Positions 62,000 to 64,000 of a DNA stretch of 64,000 bases are shown in pieces. Position numbers and translations under genes: made by a program. The notes under the pieces were generated by a model, which was not told the origin of the DNA, searched no databases, and saw only the letters and a program-made list of their open reading frames with translations. The stretch spans positions 6,892,698 to 6,956,697 of the forward strand of contig OZ037765.1 in NCBI GenBank assembly GCA_964035545.1. The letters run 5' to 3'. The stretch's first letter is position 1, and every line of letters starts with the position of its first letter. The stretch comes from Bugula neritina (lineage: Eukaryota; Animalia; Bryozoa).

Positions 62000-64000
62000 A
62001 TGGAGAAATATTTTCAGATAAAATCATCAAAAGCTGAATCTGAAAACAAAGGAGATTCTTCAACCGACGATGGAGATGAATTTTCTGGACCAGTTTTGCA
62101 ATACATACCTTGGGTCGGTGCATTACACTTAACTTAGTCTTAAAGTTGCCATTAAGTGGTTGCGGTTACCAGCATAAATAATAGATACATTATACCAATA
62201 CTTACTCTTAGTATAAATATTACCATTACTATTACTATTACTATTACTATTACTATTACTATTACTATTAGTATTAATCATTTAGTGGCCTTCGCCAAGG
62301 CTATCACTATCAGTATCAATATCATCACTATCACTATGTAGTATGTGACTACCACTATGAGTATGGGTATGACTCTAAAAGTAAAAGCAGATTAAAAATA
62401 CAATACTCAGTCTCATACTCATAGTCAATGTCATACTAACAGTAATACTCATAAAAAAATAAACAAAGAAAAATAATTTTAATTTAGTTGATAATTTAAA
62501 GATGCTTATGCCTAGTCATTATCAATACCATTGTCATTATAATTTTGTTTGAAGAACTGGCATCAACAGTAAACCTAAAAATAAATACAGCAAAACTGAA
62601 TAATTAATAAATTATTATTAGGCTACTTATATAAATTATCAAACAATTATTTTAATTAATGTACTTTGTTAATTTAACACAGCTTATTATCTGAATTCTT
62701 TTTTGATAACAAATAGCATACATCCACATAAAGCTGACAAGCATGAGCTAAATGGAGATTCAAGAAGTTAAATACTACTAAGTAGTATAATTGGACCTGT
62801 AAATAGTAATGCTTATCAACTCTGCACCTCGCAAGCAGCTCCTCCTTACTACCCCCTACAGTCACTGGAGTAAACTGCTGCTTAGTCTAGGGCATCAGCA
62901 TCTCACCCTTTGTTGAGCAACATAATTTAACACAATATAGTAATCGGTTTCTAGTCTGAGAATCTATTGATCTGTCCATTTGATGCTACTGAAGCAGTAT
63001 AAATGTCATGGATCTGTTGTTAGTGCAAGTTATTTTGCTTAAGCTTTACTCTTTGTGGTAGATCTGTTACTTGTAATACAGTTCTCAGAGAGTGTAGTCC
63101 TCTGACCATCTTATTTTATGAAAGTTTTATATTTATCTGTATATAAGAATGTAATGTACTCATTGTTCTCTTCATCATAGATGGAACTTGTAAGTTATTT
63201 AGAATAAATATGCTTCGTATATACAATTAATATCCAGGAAGAAGGTGCATGCCTATCAACTGCAGTGTATTGCTGCAAGTCGGAAAAAGTAATACATGAG
63301 TTTCAGTTTTGTTCAGCAAGTTTCAAGTTCAAAATAAACTTAGTTTTAGTTATACACTCACTGCATATAAATTTGGAGTTGTGTGCACTATTTAGGTAGA
63401 GAAATATCGTCCTGCAAAGATAGAAGAAGTTGCCCACCAAGAAGAGGTCCTGGCTGTACTGCGATCCTGTCTCAAAGGAAGTGATGTACCACACATGCTT
63501 TTCTACGGGCCACCGGGTACTGGGAAGACAACTACCATTTTGGCTTTCTGCAAGGAGTTATATGGCGTAGATTTCTGGAGGTTAGTCTCATTAGAGATGG
63601 CTATGATTAGCTAGGCAGAGCACATGATTGATATTGGATAGCTACTTACAAAGTCAAGTTCTAACTCTAGCTTTTATTGTTTGTTTACCTCTAATATACA
63701 TTATACTTCACCTTCTAATATAAATATACATTATACTACACTTTCTAATATAAATATACATTATACTTCACCTGCTAATATAAATATACACTTTATTTCA
63801 ATTTATTTCTTTAAAATTTAGTTGTGATTATTTCCAGAGAGCGAGTGTTAGAGCTTAATGCATCAGATGAAAGAGGCATATCTGTGGTGAGACATAAAAT
63901 AAAGACATTTGCTGGAACAGCTGTGAGCACGACCCGGCCAGATGGTACCCCATGCCCTTCTTTCAAAGTTGTTATTTTGGATGAAGCTGACTCTATGACT
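62000..64000 (+). CDS. RFC4: Replication factor C subunit 4 (clamp-loader small subunit), 5' part; continues beyond the right edge
   Basis: Exons 62000-62113 (MEKYFQ..IPW), 63396-63580 ([23 protein letters not shown]), 63838-64000+ ([35 protein letters not shown]). The [16 protein letters not shown] segment is typical of RFC4. Confidence 0.94.
62190..62450. repeat. (ATTACT)n and related low-complexity tract in RFC4 intron 1
   Basis: attact repeats at ~62226-62270 with degenerate flanks; explains the poly-(IT) ORF. Confidence 0.8.
63693..63790. repeat. 30-bp tandem repeat, ~3 copies, in RFC4 intron 2
   Basis: Unit aatatacattatacttcaccttctaatata. Confidence 0.85.

Noticed and set aside
22214-64000. 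DNA2 and RFC4 as a functional replication gene cluster
   Set aside because: Separated by an unrelated ~16-kb gene; proximity of two housekeeping genes is unremarkable without synteny data.

Overview
AT-rich animal (invertebrate-type) genomic DNA with many short GT-AG exons; the species cannot be determined from the sequence. Five spliced genes can be rebuilt by hand with consistent intron phases: (1) N-acetylneuraminate lyase-like (NPL, minus strand, runs off the left edge); (2) a five-finger odd-skipped/Osr C2H2 transcription factor with a poly-Q tract; (3) DNA2 nuclease-helicase; (4) a cytosolic carboxypeptidase (AGBL2/3-like tubulin deglutamylase); (5) RFC4 (runs off the right edge). The main accessory element is an apparently very young, full-length Ty3/Gypsy LTR retrotransposon (23584-30518, minus strand). 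It has 581-bp LTRs that look identical, an ATAT target-site duplication and a tRNA-Leu PBS, and sits 12 nt from a DNA2 splice donor. Within it are a UUUAAAC plus stem-loop -1 frameshift signal, a ~119-nt GC-rich hairpin in U3, a peptide duplicated with only synonymous changes in the transframe region, and a 107-aa ORF one nucleotide out of frame with the end of integrase. Also present: a tRNA-derived SINE with a 16-bp TSD and an older copy, MITE remnants, a (GT)153 tract, and a minisatellite that multiplies a DNA2 splice donor. Most short ORFs in the track are noise or single exons read into introns. All models are manual readings; no searches were run.
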